IMG/VR virus record: IMGVR_UViG_3300034072_002212
Location: 30,417-94,416 of that record
Source of the DNA: a virus
Lineage: Duplodnaviria; Heunggongvirae; Uroviricota; Caudoviricetes
DNA: 64,000 bases
Strand: one strand, 5' to 3'
Shown: positions 1 through 8,308 of the stretch, piece by piece
How positions within the stretch are numbered: the stretch's first letter is position 1
Layout: every line of letters starts with the position of its first letter
The notes under the pieces: model-generated
The model's database searches: none
Told to the model about the DNA's origin: nothing
Seen by the model: only the letters and a program-made list of their open reading frames with translations
Made by a program: the position numbers and the translations under genes

Positions 1-292
1 GGAGACTGGAGCCCTTGGCTCCAAACTTCACTCCTGGAACTTGCGGATGGCTAATGTTTACGGTCCAGGTCTGGTCATCTTCTGCCTTGATCCCAAAGAC
101 GCACCCATGTGACTTGAACTTACTCACAAGCTCATGAGCTGTCTTGGTATCAGTGGAATAAGGCGGAAGTGCGACAAACTTCTTGTTCTTCATGTCGCGA
201 AGTTGATAGGCGTCGGTCTCGGTATCATGGATAACCACAACACCGAGAACCTTACGCGCTATTTCAGCATCCAGATCAGGACCAGGACGCAT
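1..292 (-). CDS. Hypothetical protein, N-terminal ~97 aa only; gene continues past the window start
   Basis: Minus-strand ORF with ATG at 292-290 overlapping the S21 stop (TAATG). Translation MRPGPDLDAEIARKVLGVVVIHDTETDAYQLRDMKNKKFVALPPYST... No recognisable motif. Confidence 0.35.
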   Translation of the reverse strand, partial: MRPGPDLDAEIARKVLGVVVIHDTETDAYQLRDMKNKKFVALPPYSTDTKTAHELVSKFKSHGCVFGIKAEDDQTWTVNISHPQVPGVKFGAKGSSL

Positions 293-555
293 TAGGCCGG
301 CTGACGGCGCAATGCCTTCTTCTGGCGACGAATCGCCTCCTGACGCTTCTTGCGACGAATCTGCCCCTTGGTCTCAACATACTCCTTGCGGCGCATATCG
401 CGGATAAGGCCTTCCTGCACCGCACGACGCTTCAGCGTCCTCATCGCAGAATCCAGATTCTTCAGAGCCTGCTCGGGAGTATGAGCTGGCTTGACTTCGA
501 CCGCAAGACCACGCTTGTGGATGTCGCGACCGTTGCCATTGTAGTGCTGTCCCAC
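292..555 (-). CDS. rpsU: Ribosomal protein S21-like
   Basis: The ORF has no ATG/GTG near the conserved S21 core other than the GTG at 555, and its first codon at 615 is TTG. The segment ...LAVEVKPAHTPEQALKNLDSAMRTLKRRAVQEGLIRDMRRKEYVETKGQIRRKKRQEA... aligns to the bacterial S21 pattern (ALRRFKR..K.G.L.E.RRRE.YEKP..RKR). The likely start is GTG at 555-553, preceded by AGGAGA 7 nt upstream. Confidence 0.6.
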   Translation of the reverse strand: MGQHYNGNGRDIHKRGLAVEVKPAHTPEQALKNLDSAMRTLKRRAVQEGLIRDMRRKEYVETKGQIRRKKRQEAIRRQKKALRRQPA

Positions 556-673
556 TGTGGGATCTCCTGTTGGTGTTAACTTTATTACTCTACTTATATG
601 ACCCCAAGAACTCAATATTCTGGTTGACGTCGTGTGACACTCTCGTTACGGAATTGCCCTGAAAGGAGAACCT

Positions 674-1003
674 ATGAAGCGAATTCTGTTGATTGCCGGA
701 GCGGCACTTGCCCTCTCGGCCTGTGATCGGATCCCCCAGAAGGTGGGCGAAGAGGTCCGCGGTGTCGAAATCGCTGACGGTGGTCGCGTCGACGACATGG
801 CCGGTGAACTGCACGTTACGATCCGCGAGATCGAGTCGGGGCAGAGCTGGGACGTGAATCTCGGCGAAGAGTGCTCGCAGTATCCGCTTCCGATGGGGCA
901 GAAGTTCCTCGCCCGCTTCGACAAGATGGCGGCCAAGGCAACCCCACAGAACGTCTCGGTCGAGCCCAACCAGCAGATGCTCTGGAATTACCTGTGCGGC
1001 TGA
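674..1003 (+). CDS. Small secreted lipoprotein (signal peptide with lipobox LSAC)
   Basis: ATG preceded by AAAGGAGA. N-terminus MKRILLIAGAALALSAC is a classic type-II signal. Mature region has two Cys (EECSQY...NYLCG). Confidence 0.55.
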   Translation: MKRILLIAGAALALSACDRIPQKVGEEVRGVEIADGGRVDDMAGELHVTIREIESGQSWDVNLGEECSQYPLPMGQKFLARFDKMAAKATPQNVSVEPNQQMLWNYLCG

Positions 1004-1326
1004 TCACCGGCACCCTCGCGGCTTTGCTGCTTGCCGGCTGCGGGGGCAATTCCTACAACCTCATCGGTCATGAAGTCCGCCAGGTCGAGGTCGTGAGCCA
1101 CAAGCCGCCCAAGCGGTTCTACGTGACGCTCAAAGATGTCCAGAACGGGCACGTGGAGGAAGTCTACGTTGCCAAGCGTTGCTGGGGCTTCGAGGACAAG
1201 GTCAAGCCCGGTATGCGCTTCATGACTCGCGTGGACATCTATCGCATCTCGAACGAAAAGAACGAGACTGTGGGCGAATCCATGGAGTTCAATTCGAGGC
1301 AGTTGAGCGACTACTTCTGCAGCTGA
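994..1326 (+). CDS. Small secreted lipoprotein, paralog of 674..1003 (lipobox LAGC)
   Basis: ORF 871..1326; plausible GTG start at 994 gives MRLITGTLAALLLAGCGG. The mature part parallels the upstream gene (EVRQVEVV...RFYVTLKDVQNGHVEEVYVAKRCWGFEDKVKPGMRF versus EVRGVEIA...ELHVTIREIESGQSWDVNLGEECSQYPLPMGQKF). It overlaps the upstream stop. Confidence 0.45.
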   Translation: MRLITGTLAALLLAGCGGNSYNLIGHEVRQVEVVSHKPPKRFYVTLKDVQNGHVEEVYVAKRCWGFEDKVKPGMRFMTRVDIYRISNEKNETVGESMEFNSRQLSDYFCS

Positions 1327-1345
1327 TTCTCCGCGAATCTTAGGG

Positions 1346-1381
1346 CCGTTCTCCACGAACTGTGGGGAGCGGTTCTTTGCG
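1346..1381 (+). terminator. Rho-independent terminator after the lipoprotein pair
   Basis: CCGTTCTCCAC-gaact-GTGGGGAGCGG hairpin (9/11 bp paired) followed by TTCTTTGCG. Confidence 0.5.
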
Positions 1382-1893
1382 AATCTTTGAATCAATGGTC
1401 GAAGTGAACGAGCGCAAGCGAGTGAATGCGGACTTGCAGTAGGTAGGAAAGTCACACCTTTATTCCCCCTACGAGTGACACGCTCAATAGTGTCACCCGA
1501 AGAGGGAATTCAGTGCTTGCAGTTAGAGGTTGTCAGCACACCTTGAAACTAGAGCAGAGTGGACTCTGCGCCGGGGTCGCCCTGTCGGCTTTTCATCTAG
1601 GAATTCTGGAGTAGCGGCGGTAACCTGATCACACGTTTCAAGTCGCATGGCCAGGTCTGTGAGTTCGAGGGATATCGAGAGCTCACATCCATTGGCGCCT
1701 GTTGTTTATCCTGGCGGCAACCTACGCTCAAGAGCGCCGGGGAATCGCACCCCAGTCAAAGATAGCCAGTCGCTCCAGCGGCTCATCCATTCCGTCTTCT
1801 TCCGGACAAGGGTTATGGCAAGGCTGGTATGAGGTGCCGTATTTACGGCTCTGATACTTGGGATAACGTACAGGACAACCCAGAGTCAATTGC

Positions 1894-2673
1894 TCAGGTT
1901 GGATTCTCAGGAAAATCTGCTTGGTAGAAGATGTCCTGGAAACGCTCAGCATATTCGTCCCAGCACTCGATTTTGGACGTTGCGAATGTAATCCTCTTAC
2001 CCGCCAAGAGCCAGCGGAACGTGTAGAGGGCAATCTCATCCTCAATGCTCATTAGCCAGTTGAACAGCCGATTGAGACGCTCGAGGTAGAGGACATTGTC
2101 CTTGCCGTATTTCTCATAGAGAACAACAATATTCGCCACGGCTTCCTGTGCGAGCTGGAAGCGTTGGATGGTGTCCATTTCAGGAAGCGGCATGCCTGTG
2201 AGCAGCAAGTCCACGGGTGTCTGCTCGATGCCTTGCTCTTCCGCGAGACTCTCGAGACGTTCTTCGAAGGTCGTCCCGTCCAGATACTCCACGGGCCACG
2301 GCCGGTGATCGATCGACTGGAACGTGTCTGCGCTGTAGCCCTCGCCGCCATATTCGAAATGCGGTTCCATGAAGGCCAGTCGCGCTTCGGTCTTCTCGTC
2401 GGCGTCGAACTCGATCTTTTTGACGTTGAAGAGATATTGGCAGGCGTAAAGCTGAACATCCTTGTTCAGACTGCCGAGCCAGAGGAACAGATTGTTGGCC
2501 CGTTCGTCGATACTCTTGCCTTCTGCCATGCGCTCGGCCAGCTTGTCGCCGGCGGCGTTCACGATCTTGACCTGCTGATCAAGCGAGAAGAGTTTCTTGG
2601 GAAACTCGCCTTTGAGGATCTTGCTGGTCTTGCTCACGTGAACTCCATTGTTAGCTTTCACTCTAGCTAACAC
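1894..2673 (-). CDS. Hypothetical protein (259 aa)
   Basis: Long clean ORF. No recognisable motif. Confidence 0.5.
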   Translation of the reverse strand: MLARVKANNGVHVSKTSKILKGEFPKKLFSLDQQVKIVNAAGDKLAERMAEGKSIDERANNLFLWLGSLNKDVQLYACQYLFNVKKIEFDADEKTEARLAFMEPHFEYGGEGYSADTFQSIDHRPWPVEYLDGTTFEERLESLAEEQGIEQTPVDLLLTGMPLPEMDTIQRFQLAQEAVANIVVLYEKYGKDNVLYLERLNRLFNWLMSIEDEIALYTFRWLLAGKRITFATSKIECWDEYAERFQDIFYQADFPENPT

Positions 2674-2687
2674 AGGTGCTCAGTTTG

Positions 2688-2876
2688 TCAACCAGCAAAG
2701 CCCTCATCAAATCCCATGTTCCAGTAGAGGTATTCCTCTGAATCCCGCTCGTAGGGATTACGGCTCATTGAGCCACAACCTAGCCGCAGGGCAACCCCAG
2801 CAAGCCAACCCTTGTGATGGGCTTCTTTGAGCTTCTGTGGGCTTGTTTCAGCCGAAAGTTGTGAACTCGAGGCCAT
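2688..2876 (-). CDS. rmf: Ribosome modulation factor (RMF)-like small protein
   Basis: ORF 2688..2891, probably starting at the ATG at 2876. KEAHHKGWLAGVALRLGCGSMSRNPYERDSEEYLYWNMGFDEG parallels E. coli RMF ERAHQRGYQAGIAGRSKEMCPYQTLNQRSQWLGGWREA (AH..G..AG.A.R...C..PY......W..G). Confidence 0.5.
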   Translation of the reverse strand: MASSSQLSAETSPQKLKEAHHKGWLAGVALRLGCGSMSRNPYERDSEEYLYWNMGFDEGFAG

Positions 2877-3007
2877 GTCGACTTCCAACAAAGGGCCGAC
2901 GGGTATCGGTCCGGGTGAGATTCAAGACTATATCAGTCCCTCGGAGGGCGACTCGGATTGCCTTGTCGCTCCTCTTCAGGATATCAGCTTCTACGGTTTT
3001 GCCGGTC

Positions 3008-3424
3008 TCAGTCGAGACGACCGAGCAGGTCTCCAAAGAGCTCTTGCGTGTCACCTTTCAGGGGTTCCTCATACTTGAACAAATGCCGGAGGGTATCCAG
3101 CAAATAGCACCGATCTGAGGTCTTGCCCTTCGAGCGATCCAGCATACCCTGGATCAGGAAGGTGACAATCTTGTGGTCGCTGCGGATCTTCTCGTCGGAG
3201 AGGTCCACGCCATGAGCAATCAGAGCCGCTTCAACTTGGCGGAACACGGGGTTCGGCCCCACCCCATGTGCGATCTTGTTGTTGATCGGAAGGCTGAGCA
3301 CTTCAGCTGGGCCAGCAGTTTTGGCCTCTACTCCCCCATTGTCGTTCTGGCTGCTGATTGGCAGCTCAGTCGTCAGAACTCCCTGAGCGGCGACCGGCCG
3401 CTCAAACATACGCACAACACCCAT
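3008..3424 (-). CDS. Hypothetical protein (138 aa)
   Basis: ORF in the same orientation as its neighbours. No motif recognised. Confidence 0.4.
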   Translation of the reverse strand: MGVVRMFERPVAAQGVLTTELPISSQNDNGGVEAKTAGPAEVLSLPINNKIAHGVGPNPVFRQVEAALIAHGVDLSDEKIRSDHKIVTFLIQGMLDRSKGKTSDRCYLLDTLRHLFKYEEPLKGDTQELFGDLLGRLD

Positions 3425-3755
3425 AGAACCTCAGGCTCCATACTTTGATTTGGAACGAGGATTGCGAAGCTTGCGACCTAGCATCCTGCTGCTCGCCACC
3501 CCCTCGTGTCGTGCTGCGATATCAAGCTACGAAAAACACCAACGCCTTACAAGCGAAATTGTTGCTTGGTGTAAGATTTTTTGCGCCTTTATGTCTCCAG
3601 TTTCTGTGGATAACTGGCTTCGACCGCTGAAATCACAGGCTTTTTGACAAAGACAGGTGTTTAGAAATCTTTGAAAACGGTCGTTTCAGGACGCTAAGAA
3701 CGTCAAAGACAGGAGACCCTCACGCAACATTATGTTACATGAGGGTCAGCTTGCT

Positions 3756-4286
3756 TTAGCCTTGAGATGGCTTCTTAGGCGCCGGTGTGATAATCGTGAA
3801 CAACTGGCGTTCACTGCGGGCTACCGGACGCTCGAACTTGAACTCACCCACTTCTCTGAGAAAGTCCTGCATCACGGATGCGCCAACGTCCAAGTGGCTG
3901 ATTTCACGGCCCTTGAACTTGATGATCACCTTGACCTTGTTGCCTTCTTCCAGGAACCCCTGGGCGCGCTTGGCCTTGACTTTCAGGTCATTACTGTCTG
4001 TGGTCGGTCGCAGCTGGATCTCTTTGAGTTCCACGCGGTTTTCGCGATTCTTCTTCGCGTTCTCACGTTCCTTGCGACTCTGATCATACTTGAACTTGCC
4101 ATAGTCCAGGATCTTGCAGATCGGAATACCGTTGCTGATGTTGATCGCGACGAGGTCAAGTCCGGCCTCACGCGCACGGCGCTTGGCTTCGAGAGTTGGA
4201 ATAACACCTAGCTGCTCACCGGTGTCGGCAATGAGACGAACCTCCCTCGCTCGGATTTGGTCGTTCACCGCGTAGTTAGAATTCAC
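3756..4286 (-). CDS. infC: Translation initiation factor IF-3
   Basis: GTG start. IRAREVRLIADTGEQLGVIPTLEAKRRAREAGLDLVAI...ICKILDYGKFKY...VELKEIQLRP matches IF-3 N- and C-domain signatures over the full 176 aa. Confidence 0.85.
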   Translation of the reverse strand: MNSNYAVNDQIRAREVRLIADTGEQLGVIPTLEAKRRAREAGLDLVAINISNGIPICKILDYGKFKYDQSRKERENAKKNRENRVELKEIQLRPTTDSNDLKVKAKRAQGFLEEGNKVKVIIKFKGREISHLDVGASVMQDFLREVGEFKFERPVARSERQLFTIITPAPKKPSQG

Positions 4287-4311
4287 AGACAGTCTTTCCT
4301 TTCAAATATAC

Positions 4312-4338
4312 GAGGGAGCCTATACGTCAGGCTCCCTC
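4312..4338 (-). terminator. Hairpin terminator between clpX and infC
   Basis: GAGGGAGCC-(9 nt)-GGCTCCCTC; on the minus strand it is followed by GUAUAUUUG. Confidence 0.45.
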
Positions 4339-4345
4339 GGGTCAA

Positions 4346-5602
4346 TTACTCATTCACCGCCTTGGGGTCAAAAACGACCAGCGGCTCACTCTTTCCTTCG
4401 ATGACATCCTTGGTCACACGTACGGTAGTCGCTCCCTGCTCCTTGAGGTCAGGAAGTTCATACTGGACCTTGATCAGACGCTTCTCAATCACGCTGCGGA
4501 GACCGCGGGCGCCTGTCTTACGGGTGATGGCATCCTTGGCAACTGCGCGAAGAGCTTCTTCGTCAAACTCCAGTGTGACGTTCTCCATCTGGAACATCTT
4601 CTGGAACTGCTTGACGAGGCTGTTCTTGGGCTCGGTGAGAACCGTAACCAGCTGAGTTTCGTCGAGTTCTTCCAAGTGCGTGATGACCGGGAGACGACCA
4701 ACCAGCTCAGGAATCAGACCGAACTTGGTGAGATCTTCAGGCTCAACAGTGGCAAGAAGCTTGCTGTTGTCCTTCTTCTCAGCTTCGCTCATCACACTGG
4801 CACCAAAGCCCATGCTGCCCTTGCCCTTGTTCTGACGCTTTGCGATGATCTCGTCCAGACCAACGAATGCGCCACCAACAATGAACAGGATGTTCTTGGT
4901 ATTGACCACAGCCATCTCCGCGTTGGGATGCTTGCGGTTACCAGTGACTGGGACGCGGACTTCGCTACCCTCAATGATCTTCAGCAGAGCCTGCTGAACA
5001 CCTTCACCCGAGACGTCACGGGAAATGCTCGCCGAGTCGCCGCGCTTGGCCTTCTTATCTACCTCGTCGAGGTAGATGATACCACGCTCTGCCTTGGCAA
5101 CATCATTGTCGCAGACCTGCAGGAGGCGCGTGATGATGGTCTCCACGTCATCGCCCACATAACCCGCCTCAGTGAGGCTCGTAGCGTCAGCGATGGTGAA
5201 GGGAACGTCCAGCAGCTTTGCGATGCTGCGGGCCATCAGGGTCTTACCGGAGCCCGTAGGGCCCAGCAGGAGGATGTTGGACTTCTCGAGCTCAACATCA
5301 TCGACAACCGGATTGGCGAGACGCTTATAGTGATTGTGGACGGCCACACTCATGACCATCTTGGCTGCGTCCTGACCAATAACATACTGATCCAGGAACT
5401 CACGAATCTGTCGTGGGCTGGGAATACCACCATCCTTGAGAGACATCTTGGTCTCTGCGTTGGTGTCTTCCTTGAGAATGTCCGCGCAAAGCTGGACGCA
5501 ATCGTTACAGATGAAAACATCTGGACCGGCGATCAATTTCTGGACTGCTTCCTGTGGCTTTCCGCAGAAGCTGCAGGTCAGATTTTTCTTCTTGTCACTC
5601 AT
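4346..5602 (-). CDS. clpX: ATP-dependent Clp protease ATP-binding subunit ClpX
   Basis: N-terminal C4 zinc finger (CSFCGK...CNDCV), Walker A GPTGSGKT and 418 aa length are all typical of ClpX. Confidence 0.9.
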   Translation of the reverse strand: MSDKKKNLTCSFCGKPQEAVQKLIAGPDVFICNDCVQLCADILKEDTNAETKMSLKDGGIPSPRQIREFLDQYVIGQDAAKMVMSVAVHNHYKRLANPVVDDVELEKSNILLLGPTGSGKTLMARSIAKLLDVPFTIADATSLTEAGYVGDDVETIITRLLQVCDNDVAKAERGIIYLDEVDKKAKRGDSASISRDVSGEGVQQALLKIIEGSEVRVPVTGNRKHPNAEMAVVNTKNILFIVGGAFVGLDEIIAKRQNKGKGSMGFGASVMSEAEKKDNSKLLATVEPEDLTKFGLIPELVGRLPVITHLEELDETQLVTVLTEPKNSLVKQFQKMFQMENVTLEFDEEALRAVAKDAITRKTGARGLRSVIEKRLIKVQYELPDLKEQGATTVRVTKDVIEGKSEPLVVFDPKAVNE

Positions 5603-5635
5603 TTACTCGACCTCAGAGTTCTCGGATACATCCGA

Positions 5636-5642
5636 TATTTAG
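5636..5642 (-). promoter_or_regulatory. T4-like late-promoter-like motif (CTAAATAT on the minus strand) ~30 nt upstream of the clpX start
   Basis: Minus strand reads CACCCACTAAATATCGG...GAGGTCGAGTAAATG. The same CTAAATA core recurs upstream of at least 8 other minus-strand genes. Confidence 0.4.
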
Positions 5643-5715
5643 TGGGTGTCGATCGCTACTCTGAGGCTCGGAGGCCACACCATGATAGTATGACCTCCGG
5701 TTGTGAAATTCACTA

Positions 5716-7167
5716 TTAAAGTCCTGGGCGCGCATTCTGCATTGCGATTGCCACCTGAACGATGTCGTTGACGATATCTGGGTTCATTTCAAGAACTTCA
5801 ATGATCATCTCCTTGGGGGAACGTGGATCGTCATCCTGTGGTTTGGGCTCTGGCTTCCAAGCGTTGATAGCTTCCTGTTGCTGCTTCAACTGCTCTTCCC
5901 ACTGACCAAGAAGTTCGCGTTCGTCGTTCAGTCGGGCTTCCATGGTGAGAAGCTGACTATGGGCCTGTTCAAGAGCCTCACGGTCCTCCGCATTTTGCGT
6001 CCTCTGAGCTTCAACGTCCTGCAGTTCTGCCTCAATCTCACTGGCAATTTCAGCACGGATCGTATCACGGTCTAGCTTGGACTCTTCCTCACCAATGAGG
6101 TTCAGACTCTCCTGGTGGTCTTCAAGCAAGTTGATGCCTTCACCCTCGCCCTCGATGATCGTGACGCCAGTGTCATCACTGATGAAACGAGCAGCGCGAT
6201 CCTCTTCGGGTGCGATACTTGCGCCTTCGCCCTCAATAGGAGTCATCTCGTCCAAGACGGCATCAGCTGGCTTCTCAGAGAATAGGTGCTCAGCGTAGGC
6301 GGCTTCCTTTTCCTTGATATCCTCTTGTTCCATGAGCTTACGCACATGGTCAACCCATTCGGGCTTCATTGTGTCAAAGACGTTCTGAGGGATATTGTCG
6401 CCAGTGACCAGCGGCTCCTCAGCCTTGCGCTTACGAGCCTCCTGGTAATCCTTGAGCGAGATGCTGCCAGCGATGAACAAGCTAAGAGCAAGCGGGTCGA
6501 AGGCGATCATGATGATCACGATGATGATGCGAACTGCGGACTCAGGATCCCAGCCAAACAATTCCGCGACATACTTGACCGGACCCAGCTTGGCCTCGAC
6601 TTCAGCACCCTGCGTCTTCAGCGGCACCAGCTTGGTGTTTAGGTCATTGATCGCCTTATTATTCTCGTCAATACGAGCCTGAATTGCCGCAGCTTCACGC
6701 CTCTGGGAATTAGCTGCGCGGAGGCCCTGACGACCGGAAGTCTCGAGACTCTTGTCCGTGATCCTGCTGATCTGGTCCATGCGCTTCATCAGCTGGTCAT
6801 TCTCGGCTTGCTTCTGCTTTAGCTGGGTCTCCAACTGAGCACTCTGGATCTCAAGACCGGCCTTTGGTGCCGCCTGCTCAAGGTGTCCCTTGCTCAGATA
6901 GCCATAAATGCCAAGACTCGTGATTGTCATGAGGGCTGCGATGAACACGCAGAAGAGCCCGCGGAAATACCACGGTGCGCGAGGATTGCGCCAGTTGCTA
7001 TGAACCCACTTGGTGGCTACGATCTTGCCAACTTCAAGAGTGCCAGCCATGATGACCACACCCCAGAAGGTAGCAGCGAACAACGCACCCATACCAGCCA
7101 AGGAGAACCAAGCGGCAACCGTGCTGATTGCCGCTGCGACAAAGAATATGAAGATGATGAATGCCAT
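5716..7167 (-). CDS. Membrane protein with N-terminal TM helices, long coiled coil and acidic C-terminal region (483 aa)
   Basis: N-terminal hydrophobic segments (MAFIIFIFFVAAAISTVAAWFSLAGMGALFAATFWGVVIMAG), a second TM region mid-protein, Q/E/K-rich heptad-like stretches, then a D/E-rich tail. Confidence 0.5.
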   Translation of the reverse strand: MAFIIFIFFVAAAISTVAAWFSLAGMGALFAATFWGVVIMAGTLEVGKIVATKWVHSNWRNPRAPWYFRGLFCVFIAALMTITSLGIYGYLSKGHLEQAAPKAGLEIQSAQLETQLKQKQAENDQLMKRMDQISRITDKSLETSGRQGLRAANSQRREAAAIQARIDENNKAINDLNTKLVPLKTQGAEVEAKLGPVKYVAELFGWDPESAVRIIIVIIMIAFDPLALSLFIAGSISLKDYQEARKRKAEEPLVTGDNIPQNVFDTMKPEWVDHVRKLMEQEDIKEKEAAYAEHLFSEKPADAVLDEMTPIEGEGASIAPEEDRAARFISDDTGVTIIEGEGEGINLLEDHQESLNLIGEEESKLDRDTIRAEIASEIEAELQDVEAQRTQNAEDREALEQAHSQLLTMEARLNDERELLGQWEEQLKQQQEAINAWKPEPKPQDDDPRSPKEMIIEVLEMNPDIVNDIVQVAIAMQNARPGL

Positions 7168-7245
7168 AGTGTGCCTCTGAGATATCTGGTAGTGATAAAG
7201 ACCGCCTGGACGGACTGTCTACTTATCACTACCAGATTGAGGCAA

Positions 7246-7668
7246 TTAGGCGAAGAGTGCCTTCAGCTTCTGCCAGAAGGTCAGCTTGGGAGCCGGGGTG
7301 AGGTCCGTCAGCCCATTGTAGCGGTCCAGGAACTTGTAGGAGATGTTCTTGGCACCGAAGGCCTTCAGCTTCTCGAATGCCATCTCTGGATCGAGGTCGC
7401 TGCAGGTGTAGATGTCGAATTCGATGAAAGGCTGATCGCACTCATCCCAGGTGTGAAGCACCATGTGGGAGGTGGTGATCAGAACGTCGGCAGTCATACC
7501 GCGGTTGCCCTCTTGCTCGCAATAAGCCGCGCTGGCCTTGCGAAGGACTTCCATACCCATGCCGTGAACGATGTCAGTGAGCCACTGCTCGACAAATCGC
7601 TCATCCTTCTTCAGGGGAGGATTGTCGACAGCGGCGTGAACAATTAGGTGCTTGTGAAGCTTTGCCAT
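7246..7668 (-). CDS. speH: Pyruvoyl-dependent S-adenosylmethionine decarboxylase (SpeH / class 1 AdoMetDC)
   Basis: HLIVHAA...ADVLITTSHMVLHTWDECDQPFIEFDIYTCSD-LDPEMAFEKLKAFGA aligns with the SpeH self-cleavage region (ESHLTIHTWPE...DLFTCGD..DP..AF). Confidence 0.65.
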   Translation of the reverse strand: MAKLHKHLIVHAAVDNPPLKKDERFVEQWLTDIVHGMGMEVLRKASAAYCEQEGNRGMTADVLITTSHMVLHTWDECDQPFIEFDIYTCSDLDPEMAFEKLKAFGAKNISYKFLDRYNGLTDLTPAPKLTFWQKLKALFA

Positions 7669-7754
7669 TGGTTACTCCTAATCAAAAGATCGCGCCTTGC
7701 GATAAGCGTGTCTCGGGAAGATTAGGATAACCGCTTCTTCCTCCGTAGCACTGT

Positions 7755-8306
7755 TTAGAAAAACTTTGCCGTAGCGGTGATATTTATCGGACTTGGGATC
7801 TTCTCATAGCCCTGTTGAGCAATGAGATCATTGGACTTTACGGGCTTGAAACCCGCCTCGCGATCCAACGACCACGTGATGTGGAAGGTCTTACCATCCG
7901 GGCGAACGGTTGTGCCGTCCACCTCGACCACCAATGCCTCGATGCCTGCTTCATCACAAGCGTAGCCCACCACACGTAAAGTGGAAGCTTCGGGCAAAGG
8001 CTGATCACTCGACACACCAAACTTATATGTGATATGGTGTCCGATGAACTCAGGGAACTTGGGTGGGAACACCTCGGCCAGAGCTGAACGCGAAGCCGCA
8101 CTCACCTCGAACGCTTGGTATCCCGCACGGGGCTTTGGGCCCTGCTCCATGAACTCTTTCGCTCGCAATCTGTCCTCCAATTGAGCATCTGATATGCAAC
8201 CAGCTGCGGTGTCTGTCAACCTTTCTGATAAATCATTCTGTATCCAGTGTGAAAATTGACGCTCTGGGTTCCTAAACCATATTGTAACACAAAGAACAAG
8301 GGTCAA
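7755..8306 (-). CDS. Hypothetical protein (183 aa)
   Basis: ORF only. Confidence 0.4.
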   Translation of the reverse strand: MTLVLCVTIWFRNPERQFSHWIQNDLSERLTDTAAGCISDAQLEDRLRAKEFMEQGPKPRAGYQAFEVSAASRSALAEVFPPKFPEFIGHHITYKFGVSSDQPLPEASTLRVVGYACDEAGIEALVVEVDGTTVRPDGKTFHITWSLDREAGFKPVKSNDLIAQQGYEKIPSPINITATAKFF

Positions 8307-8308
8307 CC

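Noticed and set aside
1840-1853. GCCGTA-TT-TACGGC palindrome as a terminator for the 259-aa gene
   Set aside because: A 2-nt loop cannot form a stable hairpin. No U-tract.
4676-5719. 347-aa plus-strand ORF antisense to clpX; similar long antisense ORFs opposite TelA (29081..30445), flotillin (31145..31666, 32300..32911), the 414-aa gene (15609..16529), RNR (41948..42361, 43124..43630) and the 704-aa gene (49674..50549)
   Set aside because: The sense-strand genes have strong conserved motifs. The antisense ORFs are biased-composition artefacts of moderately high GC.
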